DNA from: Balanoglossus misakiensis
Taxonomy: Eukaryota > Animalia > Hemichordata
Assembly: GCA_040954595.2 (NCBI GenBank)
Contig: CM082577.2
Location: forward strand, 11,193,654 to 11,257,653
DNA: 64,000 bases
Direction: 5' to 3'
Program-made: the position numbers and the translations under genes
Notes under the pieces: generated by a model
Told to the model about the DNA's origin: nothing
Database searches by the model: none
Seen by the model: only the letters and a program-made list of their open reading frames with translations
Part shown: positions 1 through 13,745 of the stretch, piece after piece
Position numbering within the stretch: the stretch's first letter is position 1
How the letters are laid out: each line of letters begins with the position of its first letter

Positions 1-69
1 TCTTCAATGACAAAATACCAACTCTTGCAAAATCCTCTATTGATTTAAAGAATGCGTCAAATCACTCAC

Positions 70-3000
70 CTCATCGAAACCAAGTATATACTTCATTTTG
101 TTGTCCGATTCAATTCCTTCGTTGACCCACGACACTGCTTCGTTCAGAGTTCCCTTCGCATTGTATATGTCATCCATGATGCTACTGAGCAGAGATCTCA
201 TATCGAACCAATACGGCTCGTTCCCTTCGGTGAAAAAGCATGCATCTTCTATTCTTTTCTTGGCGTCCAATACTCCCATTATTGCTCCCCTGATCCTGTA
301 TTTAATAAAAAAAAATAAAAAAAATATACACAACAATTATAGATAAAAATTCTTATGAAATATCGGAGAATGTCAAGGTTAAATCATTAACATTTTTAAT
401 TAACTTATTCATATTTCAAAAGAACATCTGTCACCCTAAAACTTGATTTAGTACTCGCCTCGGGGACAGATATTTTAAGAACAAAATTGGAGTCTTCCAA
501 AACTCTAAATGGTTTGCTTTATCAAAGTATGAGGAGTCCTTTCTCAAACAAAACAAGAAAAAACAGGGTGTTTATCACCCTCATTTCAATTTTAAAATGG
601 AGCTTGATTCCATTGGATGTAAACAAATGTCATTTTACTGAACTGTAAGTCAAATCTTGCGATGTCGTTGACAGCTGTCATGGGCGATTCAAATAATTTC
701 TGCGTGGCTTCAGCGGCGGTCGATATCGCATCTTCTAATTGTTCCACGGCCCACGGTAATGTCACAGTCACGGCATCAGCGATTGCCTATAAGAAAAAAA
801 ATATTAATTAATAACTGCAGATGCATGAGCAGTTTTAAGTGATTGCATCTTATGCGTCACGTGACTTGGGAATAAACTTAACAATTGAGTTTGCTACTAA
901 ATTCAAATTGTCTAACTTTTAAGGCTGTGTTCACAAAAAATGCCGTGGGTACATGTAGGAGGTCGGAGGAAATGAATATCTCTGGGGGTGGCGGAGGGGA
1001 ACTTGAAAACAAATCTTGGGTGTCCAAGAGGTGGTGAACTGTTACTGATTTTTTTCAGTATTTGATCCTGTGTTGAAATGCCCTAGATTAACTTTTTGTC
1101 AACACCAATACACCCATTATTTGCGAATGCAGCCAAACCTCGAAAATTAATATTTTAATGAGGTAGCCCAACTCACATGATAAAGTTCCATCACATCCTC
1201 CTTGATAGACGCGAAGATGGCCGACACTCGTTCGACGACAGCCTGGATCTCCAGTGAAAATTCTGGCAAGTTTGTGTAATTCCCGACTCGTTTCAAGACC
1301 GATTTGGCAATCCGACGGACGTTCTTCATTTTACTGGGCATTTCCTTGACAGCGGAGGCGAAGCTTTCGAAGATCTCCCCGAGGTCTTTCTTGTTTGGGT
1401 CCGGGGCCAGAATCTTGTCAAAACTTTTAATGACATTCTGCACCGAGTCGACAACTCTCTGTACCACATCATCGAACAGGCTTACTAAATTGCTGACGTC
1501 ATCAAAACTGAATTCCTGCGCAGAGAAGACAATATTTCACATAACAAAATCACAGCGTTGATCTTAAAATTTCATCTCAGCCAAATCTCGGATATATGAA
1601 TGTCAATTATTAAACTAAAAAATTGTTTTCAACTTTACCTGCAAGATGTTGACGTCATACTCTCCTCTGCCACGAAAACACACCTTAGCGTCGATAAAGT
1701 CAAAAGTTTCACCGATGTAGCCGATTAAACCCCTGGCGTAAACATGGTCATGTATGTCGATTTCCAAAAAACCTTCCAGTGGTTCTATATATATTATAAA
1801 AGCATTTCATATTTTGTCATATTGTCAGCAAAAGCATGCAAAAAATTGTTGTATCCTGACTCACATCTGACATACACCAAGATATCATTTCGAAGCTGTA
1901 GGCCTAACTCTCTAAAGACAAAATGTAATGACACCACATATTAATAATTTATGTCTCATATTTTATCCAATAGACATGCACCATACGTGATTCAATATAA
2001 TGACCACTGCATATATAAAGGTGTCGACCTGTATCATTGACTGACATTATAACACAATCCTGAACATGAACTACTTACGTATGTCTATATCGAGATTGTT
2101 CTTCATGATGAGGCCCATTTCTGCTCCGATGTCTGCCGATCCTATTTCATATCTCCAGTCGATTTTTGGTGTCGATAGGTGGAATTCAAATCCTTGGAAT
2201 ATGCTTCTTCTTCCCCTTGGCTTGGACACGGAATTTGAGGCATTTCTTGGAAGATCAAACTCGCAAGTCAATTAATGAATCAATCAATGAATCAATTAAT
2301 CAATCAATCAATCAATCAATTGATATATCTATCGATCAGTCGATCGACCATTCAATCAATAAGTCAAATGAATAAACCAAAAAGACCAAAATCAAAATCG
2401 ATCAATCGATCGGTCGATCAATCAATCAATCAATCAATCAGTCAGTCAGCTAGTCAATCTGTCTGCCTGTCTGTCTGTCTGCCAATTCAATCAATATTTG
2501 TCAAAACTATAAAAAAAATTGCAAGAGGAACACGTGGCGCGGAATTTTTGCACGTGACTAATTCTTTGTTTGTACACACCTGTCTGAAAACAAAGTACCC
2601 ACGTTGTCAATAAAGGGGGTCCGTGGATGTCTGCCGTATTCAGTGACTGCAACATATCGGACTGTTTCGTCAACATCATTTAAAGCAGAAGACAACAGCA
2701 CACTGGGTACCTATTAAACCCAAATCACAAATGGCTTGTTATTTGCTTTCTTTTATTGCCTCTTTCTCGGCCATATTAAACAATGGGGATTCGTTGCTTT
2801 CGTATCAATTACATATCCGTAGTCCTCGATAGTATAGTGGTGTGTATCTCCGCCTGTCACGCGGAAGACCGGGGTTCAATTCCCCGTCGGGGAGATTATT
2901 TTTCCTTTTATGTTAACCTTCACTGTCAACACAGACAAAATGTTTTATACTTTAAATCGCGCACGTTGGTCATAGGATTTTCGTTTTCGTTTTACTAGTA

Positions 3001-6000
3001 ATGCAAAATTTAAACAATGCACACACCTCAGACATATCATAGCGACCGATTGCATAGATTCCACTTCTCCTAAGTATCGGATGGCTGTCGGAATTATTGA
3101 TGTATGACAAGATGTGTTCAAAGGATGAGATTGACAAAGCATTGCCCAGAGTAGTTATCAGAGTTCCTTTCAACTCAAGATGTTTGTTGTACTCTTTTTC
3201 TGAGAGTGATGATCGAATCTGGCGATGGTGCCATGGATCTGTAGAGATGAAAACGTCATGTATGTTCTTAATCGTTTAACCCGAGGTGCTATAGATTTGG
3301 TTCATTAATAAACTCATGATCATTGGCAACATATTGCTTTTTGAAATCGACAGAAACATTAGTTTCAAAATGGTATACACCAAGAAAGGAGGTTATGGGC
3401 TTAATCGCATCCTCTTCCGGTTTCGGATAAAAAGCAACCAAATTACAGAGTTCAGATATTTTGGTCAGTCTTCTGGGAATCCATTGTTTGTTGGAGTTTC
3501 CAGTTTGCTTTGTCATGTCTCATGCAGCACCCCCGTATAAATCTTATCCCTATAAGTTCACATTAACTTCGTGCTGATGTAGCGCCATTAGCAAATGGTG
3601 TTTATATGTGACTACAACTCACCGTGTACGCCCAGTGCATCTTCAACTCTCTCAACGATAGCATTTCCCCGCTCAACATCCCTTGTCTGACTGGAGCGCA
3701 GCAGACAATTTGCCACAGATCCAAGAACAAGCATTGCTCTGTTGTATACCATTCTAGTGTCGTCTGGATCTGATATGAAATCAAAGGTAATAGTACATGT
3801 AATTTGGCTCAACCATATTCCTTTTTAATAGTAATGTTATGCACAACTGGTAATTTTGTTTCCCAATGGACAGTTCCGAGCATACTAGTAGTTCCGACTG
3901 CAAGTGCACAGTCGATGGTATAGAAATGTCATATATGGACCTTTAATGTAATTAGAGTGTGCGTAATGTTTCATTTCTAATCGAATACAAAGATGCACTA
4001 TACGCATACCTGGAAATTGGTGAATTCTATTGAAAACCAGGGTTTCCAGGCCTGCAACAAACACTTCTGGCGGAGGTCTCTTCAACTCCACGAAGTGAAG
4101 CAGCGCCCTCATGATCAGACTTGCATTGGGTCTGTTAGACAGGAGGACCATGTCGGTTATCAGGATTTGGGGAGTTTCGGTGGCGACAGCCCCCAGTACA
4201 TCTATCATGATTTCTCTGTTCCTGATGTGCTCGGCGACTGGCAGCTCAGTAAGGTTTCTCCCGATGTACTTTTCTGCCAGGTGAGTCACGTTTTCAGCGG
4301 GTAAGCGTGATGCAATATTCAGGAGACAGTGGAAACACTTTGCTTTCTCTGGGGATTCTTAGAATTGAAGAGGAGTATAAAATGATGACACAAGAGTGAG
4401 TGTCATACAATTACATACACATCAAAGATGACTAAACATAGAGAAATCGGCCAGCATCATTACGCGTCAGTGATAAGCGTAGAGATGCAGGAAGACATGG
4501 ATATATTTACAACAACTCGATCTCATGTGTGTTCTCTTCGGAGTTTTCTAGGCTTACATGCACATAGTTCGATTGGGGTATTTGGAACTATATTCTAATG
4601 ATGGGATCTTGAAAATAATTTTTAAAGTGTACTTTTCATTGTTCTATTCTTCTTTGAAACAAGCACTTTGCACAAACGCCAATGCAGTTTCTAGATTTTC
4701 ACAAACCAGTTCAAATACTGCTGCTACATGCAATTGACAACTACTTTAAATTAGCTATTGAATATGGCACGGTGTGAGAATTTGTGATTATATATACATA
4801 CTTGCCGATTGATGTTCTCTCATGCATGTCATATTTGTAACGATATCTTCGTACACTTCAGAGAGATAAACGTTGGGACGGGGCACCTTTGAAGACAAAA
4901 CAAGTGTTTTTACATGACAACAAATTTGTATTTAAAAATAAAAAATCAGCCAGACCACGTCAAAATCAACCTTGAAATATTAGCATGATGATAAAACAAT
5001 GACTTACCGTATCAATTTTCAAGGTGTCTTGTATTAAATTCCTTGGTATGACAACATGATCGGTTCTGTGCAACCGTTCCACCAGTTTCATAGTGCTACT
5101 TGAGGTTCCATGCATGTCCGGCAAATCTTTTGAGGAAATGGGAATCGTTAGTTTCTGAAATGTTAGCGAAGACTATAATAACAGCACCAAAAACTAAAAA
5201 AGCATTAGCTGAAAAATGTTAGTGATTTCTAATTTTTCTTAAATATAAAAGGGATGTAATACCTTACTGTACCAAGCTGCATGCATTTTTATGCACGTGG
5301 GTTTTCAAACGAGACGAAACAAAACAAACAAACAAACAGACACACACACACAGACTGACTGACTGACAGACAGACAGACAATCAATCAATCAATCAAACT
5401 TGAAATGCACAAGAATGATATTTGTTAAAAGAACTCAGAAGAATAACAATATGCCATTGTAGAAAGTGGTGAATATTTAAACGCACCTGGGCTATCCTTT
5501 GTTTTCTGTTGTCTGTGTTTTGCATTGTCTCCCGGCAAACCTGCGTGGGCGTCAAACCTATAATTTTGACAATATTGTTTGCTAGTCTGACTTTCGGTCT
5601 TTCCTTTTGCTTTTGCCGTTTGACACCAGTTCCAGGAACACATACAGATTATTCAAAGGTACATCCCTACTAACAGACGTTAAATGCCAACTCGGTTGAG
5701 CTTTTTGGTAATTGCCCTTCAGTTTCTTTCCATTAAGGCTCCATTGCAGTAAAGCAAGAGGATACGCCCTTCTGTTCGAAAGAATTTGAAATATCTTACC
5801 CTGGTGGCGCTTTCTTTGGCGCAGTGAAGTGTTCTTCAACGGATATTGCATGTGGAACTTGGAGAGAATGGTCATACAGAATCTCCTATGAACATGAACA
5901 TAACCAGTGTTTATACGGTACAATAAAAGTACATCATTTTCGAAATTTCCTGCTAAACTTCTTCGAAGAATTCAATGTCACCAGGGTGTTTATTAGGAAA

Positions 6001-9000
6001 CATTTCTGACTGATAATATTGTTGATCAAAATTTTTGTCTCCAGATAAATATATCTAGTTTAAGGGGTTTTATATATCTCATCCATCTATCTTCATCATA
6101 CTAATTATCTGACGTTGAGTATGGAGTGTTTGCATGGAAGAAAGTAAAGGTTATTGCACACGCCCTCCATCATCGCAATATCTGTGGGAATATTTTTTTC
6201 AAATAAGCGGGCAGAACACGGCTATATTTACGACTAGTCCGTGGTAAAATGCAGTGAACTCGATCATTGTGAGGTCAGACTAGAATTCGGGCACTGCATT
6301 GAGTGTCTTTACCTTAGTGTGTGACGCATTGGCATTTGGAACAACGTGACCATGCTTGGTTTTCTGGAAGTGCAAACCACCAGTTGACTTTTTGACGGAG
6401 TACGTAGATTCATGGCCGCCTATGGAGAACGAAGCAAAGTCTGGATCATTAGAGTCGATAATAATCACGGGCGGAAGCTGACTGATGGAGGGAATGACTT
6501 GGTGGTCAAGTTTGAACAACAGACCTTTAATCGGCAGTACGTGTATAATATATGCTGTGTGGCACCCAATTTCAACCGCGACTGAAAAATAGCTACCGAA
6601 CTACCGGGCTTTAAGTGAGTAGCATTGACCACCTATTCCGGTTCATAATACAAACAGTGTAATATGCAGACAGATAGGATAACCGTCGTACCTTCATGAC
6701 CCGTTTCGTTCACTTTGTATGACCAAGGCGCCCCGTGTTTAATAGCGCCCTCTGTAGCGTGTAACCTTGCCGACAGAGTCCCCAGCAGTATTTTCTTAAG
6801 CAGGATAATCTCCGCGGCTCCATCGTCTTGGTAGAAGACGGAAGATATTTCACCATGCCGCGATATCACGAACGAAAACCTGCCGTGAGAACATGTCCTG
6901 GTCAGTGCCCTTAGATCTCATAATAATGTTGGACTGTGTCACGATTTCTTCGATCAGCGCTTGTAAAAGATAATCTTTGTCACGATTGTGTAACGTTATT
7001 ACGTACAGCAATTTCCTGTTTGTAATCAATCTGCATTATCTTGAGCCCCCGGTATTGTTCTGATAATATCACTTGAACGTACTTGCACGTGTTTGCAAAC
7101 ACGCAAGTACTGTATAAAGCCTTTGATGAATGCGCCATAGTGACAGCTTGAAGTGGGTTGTAAGACTGTTTAACTTATTCGCCTAACGTCTTTCAGCCAG
7201 TTTGCGAGGTTGTCGTGTGATGCCCTTTCTGTTTGGATTTTAAAACTAAACTCGGAACATTTCTCGTGGAGATGAAACTAAAGACACTGTGATGCCTCAT
7301 GATACAAATCCAACATGACTTAGTCTGAAAAAATTACATTGTAGAACTTTTGTGTTAATTTTTTTTTTTTCAATTTTATGGGTGTCGTGACAGGATTTCC
7401 AATGTTTGTTCGCAATATGCAATATGCCGACCGGATGATTTCCTGTTTACCATACTGGCCTTAATTCATTGCATTATTATAAGTAAATGTACGTACCACT
7501 TAGAAAAGTCACTTTCCTGACTACCGTGGGATCCCAATAACCCTGCAAACAAGGAAACCGTTAGCAACGAAGACGCGAGTCAAAATTTCTCCAATGTCTA
7601 TATTAATATACACAATATGCACCTGAAACAATACGTAGAACAGTTGTCTCAATATTAGTTCGCAAGTTATTCATTCCGACAGTCAACACACATGTGATTG
7701 TACTTGGGGAAATCACGCAGACTAGGCACTTTTCCTCATGCAAATCGGTTAATTAAAGGGACAAAGTCTCTCTCTCGCTGCCCTTTTTTCCATTAATTAT
7801 ATTTGATACAAGACACCGTTTATGTTATTCTACATGTGGATATATGGTGAATGAACGTTCAACCACACACAACTTCCTTCCCTCTTATAGACAGGAGAGT
7901 GACAACACTCGCCAAAATGAATAATCGTTCTTTACCATTTATTCATTTTGGGCGAGTTTTTACTTTCATATCATACAAGTGGGATGGAAGTTATGTGTGG
8001 TCGAAGGTTGATTCACTTTATATCCACATGTACATTAACATAAACAGTGTCTTGTATCAAATATAATTAATGGAAAAAGGGCAGCGAGAGAGAGACTTTG
8101 TCCCTTTAACAGATCCATCATAAGTGAAAAGGCCATGTGAGATTTTGAAACTGACAGGATAGTTTAAAAAAAACAGTACAACTCATTCAAATTCCTTCTC
8201 TGTATCTGCAAGCATTATGGACACACAGGTCCAAAATAAAGGCATTGAAATTACACCCTGACCCTTTTGAGAATATATGGTTTTCAAACACATTCACATC
8301 ACCCACAGAGTACTACAGTACCTTGATCATTATGAGACAGCTTATAACGAATGCTGTCGATTGTCATCTGACAATGTTGTCCGTCTGTCACATCTTCAAG
8401 CCAAAGGATAGTGATCTGAAAGGGATTAGTGATAGCAATGACAGTTTAAGTTTAACGATAACAATGATCATGACTAGGTAACCGTGGTATCAATTGGAAA
8501 TCGCAGTCCTTCATCTGGGACAGGCTTGTGACATCGTGGATGGGATTCAGGTGGTTGCCATTTGCTGGGATAACATTCAGACAAACGTTACCATGGGCAT
8601 TTTTATGCATACGGGAATTTCAATTAACAAAACCTCAAATTAAACAGTGTTTATTTTGTGAACAACCAAACGGCGCGATGTGTACCTGCTTGGGAGGTGT
8701 TCGGTGTTCGGTGTGTTGACCAGGTCATCCAACCGTTAAGGCGATAATCTGCCACGCAGGAGGCGCGGAATGTTTATTTGGGGAATTTTTTAGAAATTTG
8801 AAGTTCAGAGCTTATAAAGTCCCAGCTTGGAAAGGCATGTGTGCAGAAACTGTGTAGTTTTGAATTCGATTGATTCCGAGCTCGTGAAGTGTCTTCACAG
8901 GTCTGCTAAATGCAATTTGTACGTTGTAATCATGAGTGACAGGAATTTGACGAAAAATCAGGCGTTGACTTCCCTCCGTGACTCTATTACTGACAGGAAA

Positions 9001-12000
9001 AGAACGGCACGGAAGGGAGCTTTATATTATTTCACATTCTGGTATAATTCTGAATCTGTCTTTAGAACATTGATGACCGACCAATTTCAATGAGCAGTTG
9101 TACTTGCGTGCTTACGAGCTGGAATTGTCGTGTTGTAACCAGGCTATACCTGCCAGGGTACAAACAATAGGTGTGACCCAATTTGGTGTTTGATAAATCC
9201 CCTTGCAAACTGCACCCCATAAAACATTTACCGGCAAACGTTCGATATTACCCCTTGCCAAGCTACACGTCCAATAAAACAATCTGTGCTCAAGCCTTTC
9301 ACACATTTGGCAACGTGGCTATTTGTTTAGGATTATTAAACATACGCCCTATCGCTTGTTCGAAAGTGGCTGGGGGATTAATGATAGTCACGAGAACGAT
9401 TGAACAACCCAAAATGTCAATATTTGCGTTAGCTTTATACTCGCAATTCAAAAATGCAATTTATGGCCGGTTTCGTCGGTACATGCTACTACCTTACACC
9501 GTCCCACCCGTCGGACTTTCGACATTTAACTATATATCACGCAAATGTTTGATCGACAGAATATGTGTACCTATAATGCATGGATGTAGGAAAACAACTG
9601 CATCGACGAGTCTGTTAACTTTTAGGTTGAAAATGAAAATGTTTTCTACCAGTTGTGAAAATGTATAATGGCTATAAATGATGCAGTTGAAAGCCTGGTG
9701 TACTCATAATCCGGAAAATTGTCATTTTCCTGATTTTTATGTATCTTGTATATCAAAGAATTTTAAATGCGGTTAGGAAGCCCCGAGTATTGTGGAAAAT
9801 GCTGAGTAGGCCTTTTCTCGTGCTATAGTTTTCCTATGGTGAAAAAATCTGACCAACTCTATGAAAAAATCGAGCTTGGTGGCAAAGTGTTTTCTTTATA
9901 TCATTTAGTAATACTCCTCTTTTGGCACCTTTTGGGAAAATGTCAAGAAAATGGACAATGTTTCAACACTGGTTTCTAAAAATTCTACGTGTAAGGCTTT
10001 ATGCATCTGACTAGTCCACCATCTTAATTAAAATTTCAATAAGACCAAAGCTCAAAATCCAGGTAGAGCCACGGGAGTAAACCGTAGCTGGTGTCGTCTG
10101 CAGGTGATAGTGACTGGAGCGGCTCACCAACAAAGTAAAAAATAACGAAAACCATATGTGGTGTTCTACAGGAGCATGCAAGAATCCATCGAGTATAAAG
10201 GAATCAACAAGTAACACAACAAGTGCGGACGTGCAGTAAAAAGTATTAGTATGGAAAACTGCCAGGATTATAGTATTCATACCTGTTCGGCAACTTTTAC
10301 CGAAGACGCCAATCGATTAACCATTAATCCCTATTTCACGATTTTTTAAAAGTCGATACAGACAGCGAATTTATTGCTAACCATGTCAAGATAAAACCAA
10401 GAATTATATATTCTTCAATCGAGGAATTTTATTGACCTCTCTCTCTTGAATTAATTCACCATTCTCTGCTGTTGTTTTATGATTAGAGAGATTGTTCACT
10501 CGTCTGGAGCGATTTACTTTGAGATTGTTCGATCGCTATCGACAAACGTGCAGTGCCAGAAATTTAGACAAAATAGGTGGTACTAAAACAAGATGTGATG
10601 CGTATAACAACATGGAGAAAGTTCGTAAAAGTTCGGATATGCTACAGTTCTGTGCGACACTTTCATGAGCGTTTAGTGCAACATTCAAGTCGGCGCTGAA
10701 AAATCTTCCAATTTGGGCCATGAAAGTCCGCCTATTTGATGAATTAGAAATTACAATTTGGAAGACTGTTTGCAATGTCTCGCATAGATGTACAATTGAC
10801 TACTCAGAGAGTAAGTCTTGTCAATGTTCTATAATTTCAGCTTCTAACGAATTCCAATCCGCAATTACAAGGACGCGGTCAGTACAATGTAAATGTGAAC
10901 GATTGAGAAACAAAAGCTTAAATGATTATATTAAACTTTTTTTCACCCCGGCCCGATGCATTTATGTTTCATTTTCGCCTCTGTAGTGAACCCCATTTCT
11001 CCTGTGCCAAGTATTTTTCTCTCTATAGGTAAAAGTAAAGGCAGCGAAACAAATGCGTACGTGCAATGATAACTTTCAATATGGAACAATGCCAGGGTTA
11101 AACGCTACATATCACCAATAAGTCCATCGATTTACCATTAATATTCTGATTTTAGGCAAACTAGAAATAGATTAAGTGTAAATTTATTATATTGAATGAT
11201 AGCTCCCGAAATATATTTTGACTCGATCGATGTTGTCAACTTTTGGCGATTTTTTATATGTCATATCACCCTCGTCTGCAAAAGTTCATCTAGAGTGTAA
11301 AGTAAGTGCACCGAAATGAGATCACTGTGAGGCCACACCTAAAAGTTACAAAAACAATGCCAGTCACTTCACGCATGCGTCTGAATAACTGTATACAACC
11401 TCTTTGCGGCCGCTGTACACATTCTTCAAGCAAGTATGCCTAGATCCTCAAGTATTCACAGATTGTATACATAGGCATTTAAGTGATAATTGACAAATTG
11501 AATCGGTGTACATGTAACTGGTGGGGATGAACGGAAATCATTGTAAGGTATTAATAACTTCGATGATTGAATAGACATAATTGTTCGCAGACACGTTTCG
11601 ATCCAACGAGTTCAATAATGGTGTATAGAAAAAAATGTCTTACTGCACTCAAATTTAGCTTTCACTGCTTGTATAGCTAGATTTAATCAGACAAGATTGC
11701 AGACTGTCGCGTCGTGTTGAATATTACATCCTGATCTAAGCCAACGAGGCTAACTTTCGTGATCTCACGTAACTTGCCCTCAGTAAGTTCCGTTCCCAAA
11801 TGACCTTTCAAAGACATAATTATTATATTTACGGAGGAATTCGAGGGGACTACGAACATTAAACAGAGGCCACGGGGCACAGTGATAATGCCAAATATCA
11901 TTTTAATCAAGAAAGGAAGTTGTTTACTTTCCATAATTCTCTATTGTTAAGCAACGTTCTTTTGAATACGTTTCCCTGCATAGCAACCAAATGACAAATG

Positions 12001-13745
12001 TTCGAACGAACCAGTTGCTCTCGCTTGTGCGACGGAAGGGTCCTCGTCCGCGGGACCGAGGGCGGCAAATGCGTATCAGGGATGTTAACTGTTTTTTTTA
12101 TATACCTGTGTAAAAGTCGAATTTTATCGCCACTTTGGTCGACTTTTATTTGTAAAAAAATATAAGAGCCGCATTCCCTCGCGGATTCTCAATGACGCCA
12201 TTTTGTTCTCCGGTAGAACGTGCTCTATATGGAACCGACAACGTTGCTATTCTTCGCTATCAAATGACGTCAGACGCGTTCAGGTGGCAGTTGCGTTCGC
12301 ATTCAACTTTCCAGATGACGGGCAACTTCAGCAACGTGGACTTACGTGGTGCAGACAAAGACTGTGCAGACGAAATGCAATGAGGCTGATGAGGCAACAT
12401 ACCCGATACATGTTATGTGTTTGGCGGTTCTAAAGTAAAAACATACTCGGAAAAACTTTTACTGGATGCCGAAATATTGCTTGCCCGTCATCTGGAAATG
12501 ACTGCGCCATGTGACACATTGCCAGATCACGTGATTGATAGTAAAGAATACGAGATGGAGTGACGTTCTCGGACGTCGGTTGAAACTGAATTTCTTTCAA
12601 CAAAATCATGAGGTACGCTCTGTCACCCCCCTGTTTCGAGTCAGCGTAAAGTCAGTATTGTCTCCAGCTTTTCGAAAAGCTACAATCGAAACATCAAGTT
12701 GATTGATGGGTAGGGGTCTCCCGCCGTTTTGTTTTTATTTATTGAACGTTTTCAGATAGCAGCGCGACTCTATATAGCAAGGAGAACGAAAATAGTTCTT
12801 GCAGAAATGCGCGCTGGTGATTTTATCTGGGCAACTGGGCCGGGACGTGATGCAAAAACATGTACACGAACATAAATGCGAGTGCGCTTTCCCTCCATAG
12901 AATTGCACGAGGTGGAATTGCATTCTTGTACGTTGGAAATTCAGAAAATCATACGCGGACGTGATATGACAAAAATGATGAATGCCATTCAGAATGAAGG
13001 TATTCACGAACCAAGAGTCGGTCGACTTTATCTTTGCTGTCGACTGAAATCGCATGGTCTTCGTAAGTCATTTATAGAGGGAAATGGTGAATCTGCGGAT
13101 TTTAATACATTGGCAAAGTCATGATTTTGCACTTAATTTACACATGAATTTCGAAAGATTGTTTCACTAATGAAGGGAATAAAAATTGGAATAAATAAAA
13201 ACATATAGGCCTACAGCAACTCACACACATAAACATAAACTACATAGACCCCATACATAAATCATACACATGAAATTTTAATTTTTGTGTATGTATTTGT
13301 CCTCCAATTATATTTATACACAAATGTTAAGTTTTACATTCAGCATTATTTTAAATACGTGAAAACAGTTCAGTTCCTTACTCAGCCTGAAACACAGTCA
13401 TGGGTGTAACAACAGTGCTTTGTTATATATAAAACATATACATGTACATACAAACACAGATCTGTCCTTCAAATTCTATTTATACATAAATGTTAAGTTT
13501 AATACATAAAAATAAATAATTCACTTTGTAACTAAACTTGAAATGTAGATAGCAAGTCTCACCTGAGCCTCAGAGTCGATTGTCCCGGCATTCTTTAGGA
13601 CAGTGGTTCCTTCGTATCTGTAGACGTAACCGAGTGTTGGATTGAAGAAGACAAGGCTCGCGTGACTGAGACTAACAGAGAACGAAGCCAAGATAAGACA
13701 AAGAGTCAATGAAGACCGCATGGGAAATGCTGAGAACATCTTCAT
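70..13745 (-). CDS. Large secreted protein with N-terminal vitellogenin/large lipid transfer (LLT)-like region; 5' part only (18 exons, ~946 codons), continues beyond window start
   Basis: Exons spliced by hand with GT-AG and consistent phases: 13745-13563, 8415-8322, 7542-7497, 6879-6692, 6419-6313, 5885-5800, 5557-5487, 5126-5008, 4886-4802, 4357-4010, 3769-3623, 3238-3027, 2710-2580, 2245-2079, 1784-1639, 1515-1177, 786-644, 295-70. Signal peptide (SSLTLCLILASFSVSLSHA) is followed by GYVYRYEGTTVL, WFSFVISRHGEISSVFYQ and helical repeats (RAMLVLGSVA, TLITTLGNA, LRRSGIYAIG) reminiscent of the LLT beta-barrel plus alpha-helical domain; then RGRR and long amphipathic helices. TATAAATA on minus strand at ~13861-13854. 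Confidence 0.8.
2270..2493. repeat. Degenerate (ATCA)n/(GTCT)n microsatellite, intronic
   Basis: Runs of caatcaat, tcagtcag and ctgtctgt. Confidence 0.85.
2823..2894 (+). tRNA. tRNA-Asp (anticodon GTC)
   Basis: TCCTCGATAGTATAGTGG...CCGCCTGTCACGCGG...GGTTCAATTCCCCGTCGGGGAG: 7-bp acceptor stem, TCCGC/GCGGA anticodon stem, T-arm, near-identical to metazoan tRNA-Asp; oligo-T Pol III terminator at ~2899-2903. Confidence 0.96.
5318..5398. repeat. Compound microsatellite (AAAC)(AC)(GACT)(GACA)(ATCA)
   Basis: Visible directly. Confidence 0.8.
7757..8105. mobile_element. Palindromic MITE with TTAA target duplication (Kolobok-like termini), copy 1
   Basis: TTAA|AGGGACAAAGTCTCTCTCTCGCTGCCC ... GGGCAGCGAGAGAGAGACTTTGTCCCT|TTAA; the whole element folds back; second copy at 20319-20666. 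TTAA TSD with purine-purine termini fits Kolobok better than piggyBac. Confidence 0.85.

Noticed and set aside
8416-13562. Autonomous transposon or nested gene in the long first intron (e.g. ORF 9183-9668)
   Set aside because: No transposase or RT motifs, matching termini or coherent exon chain found
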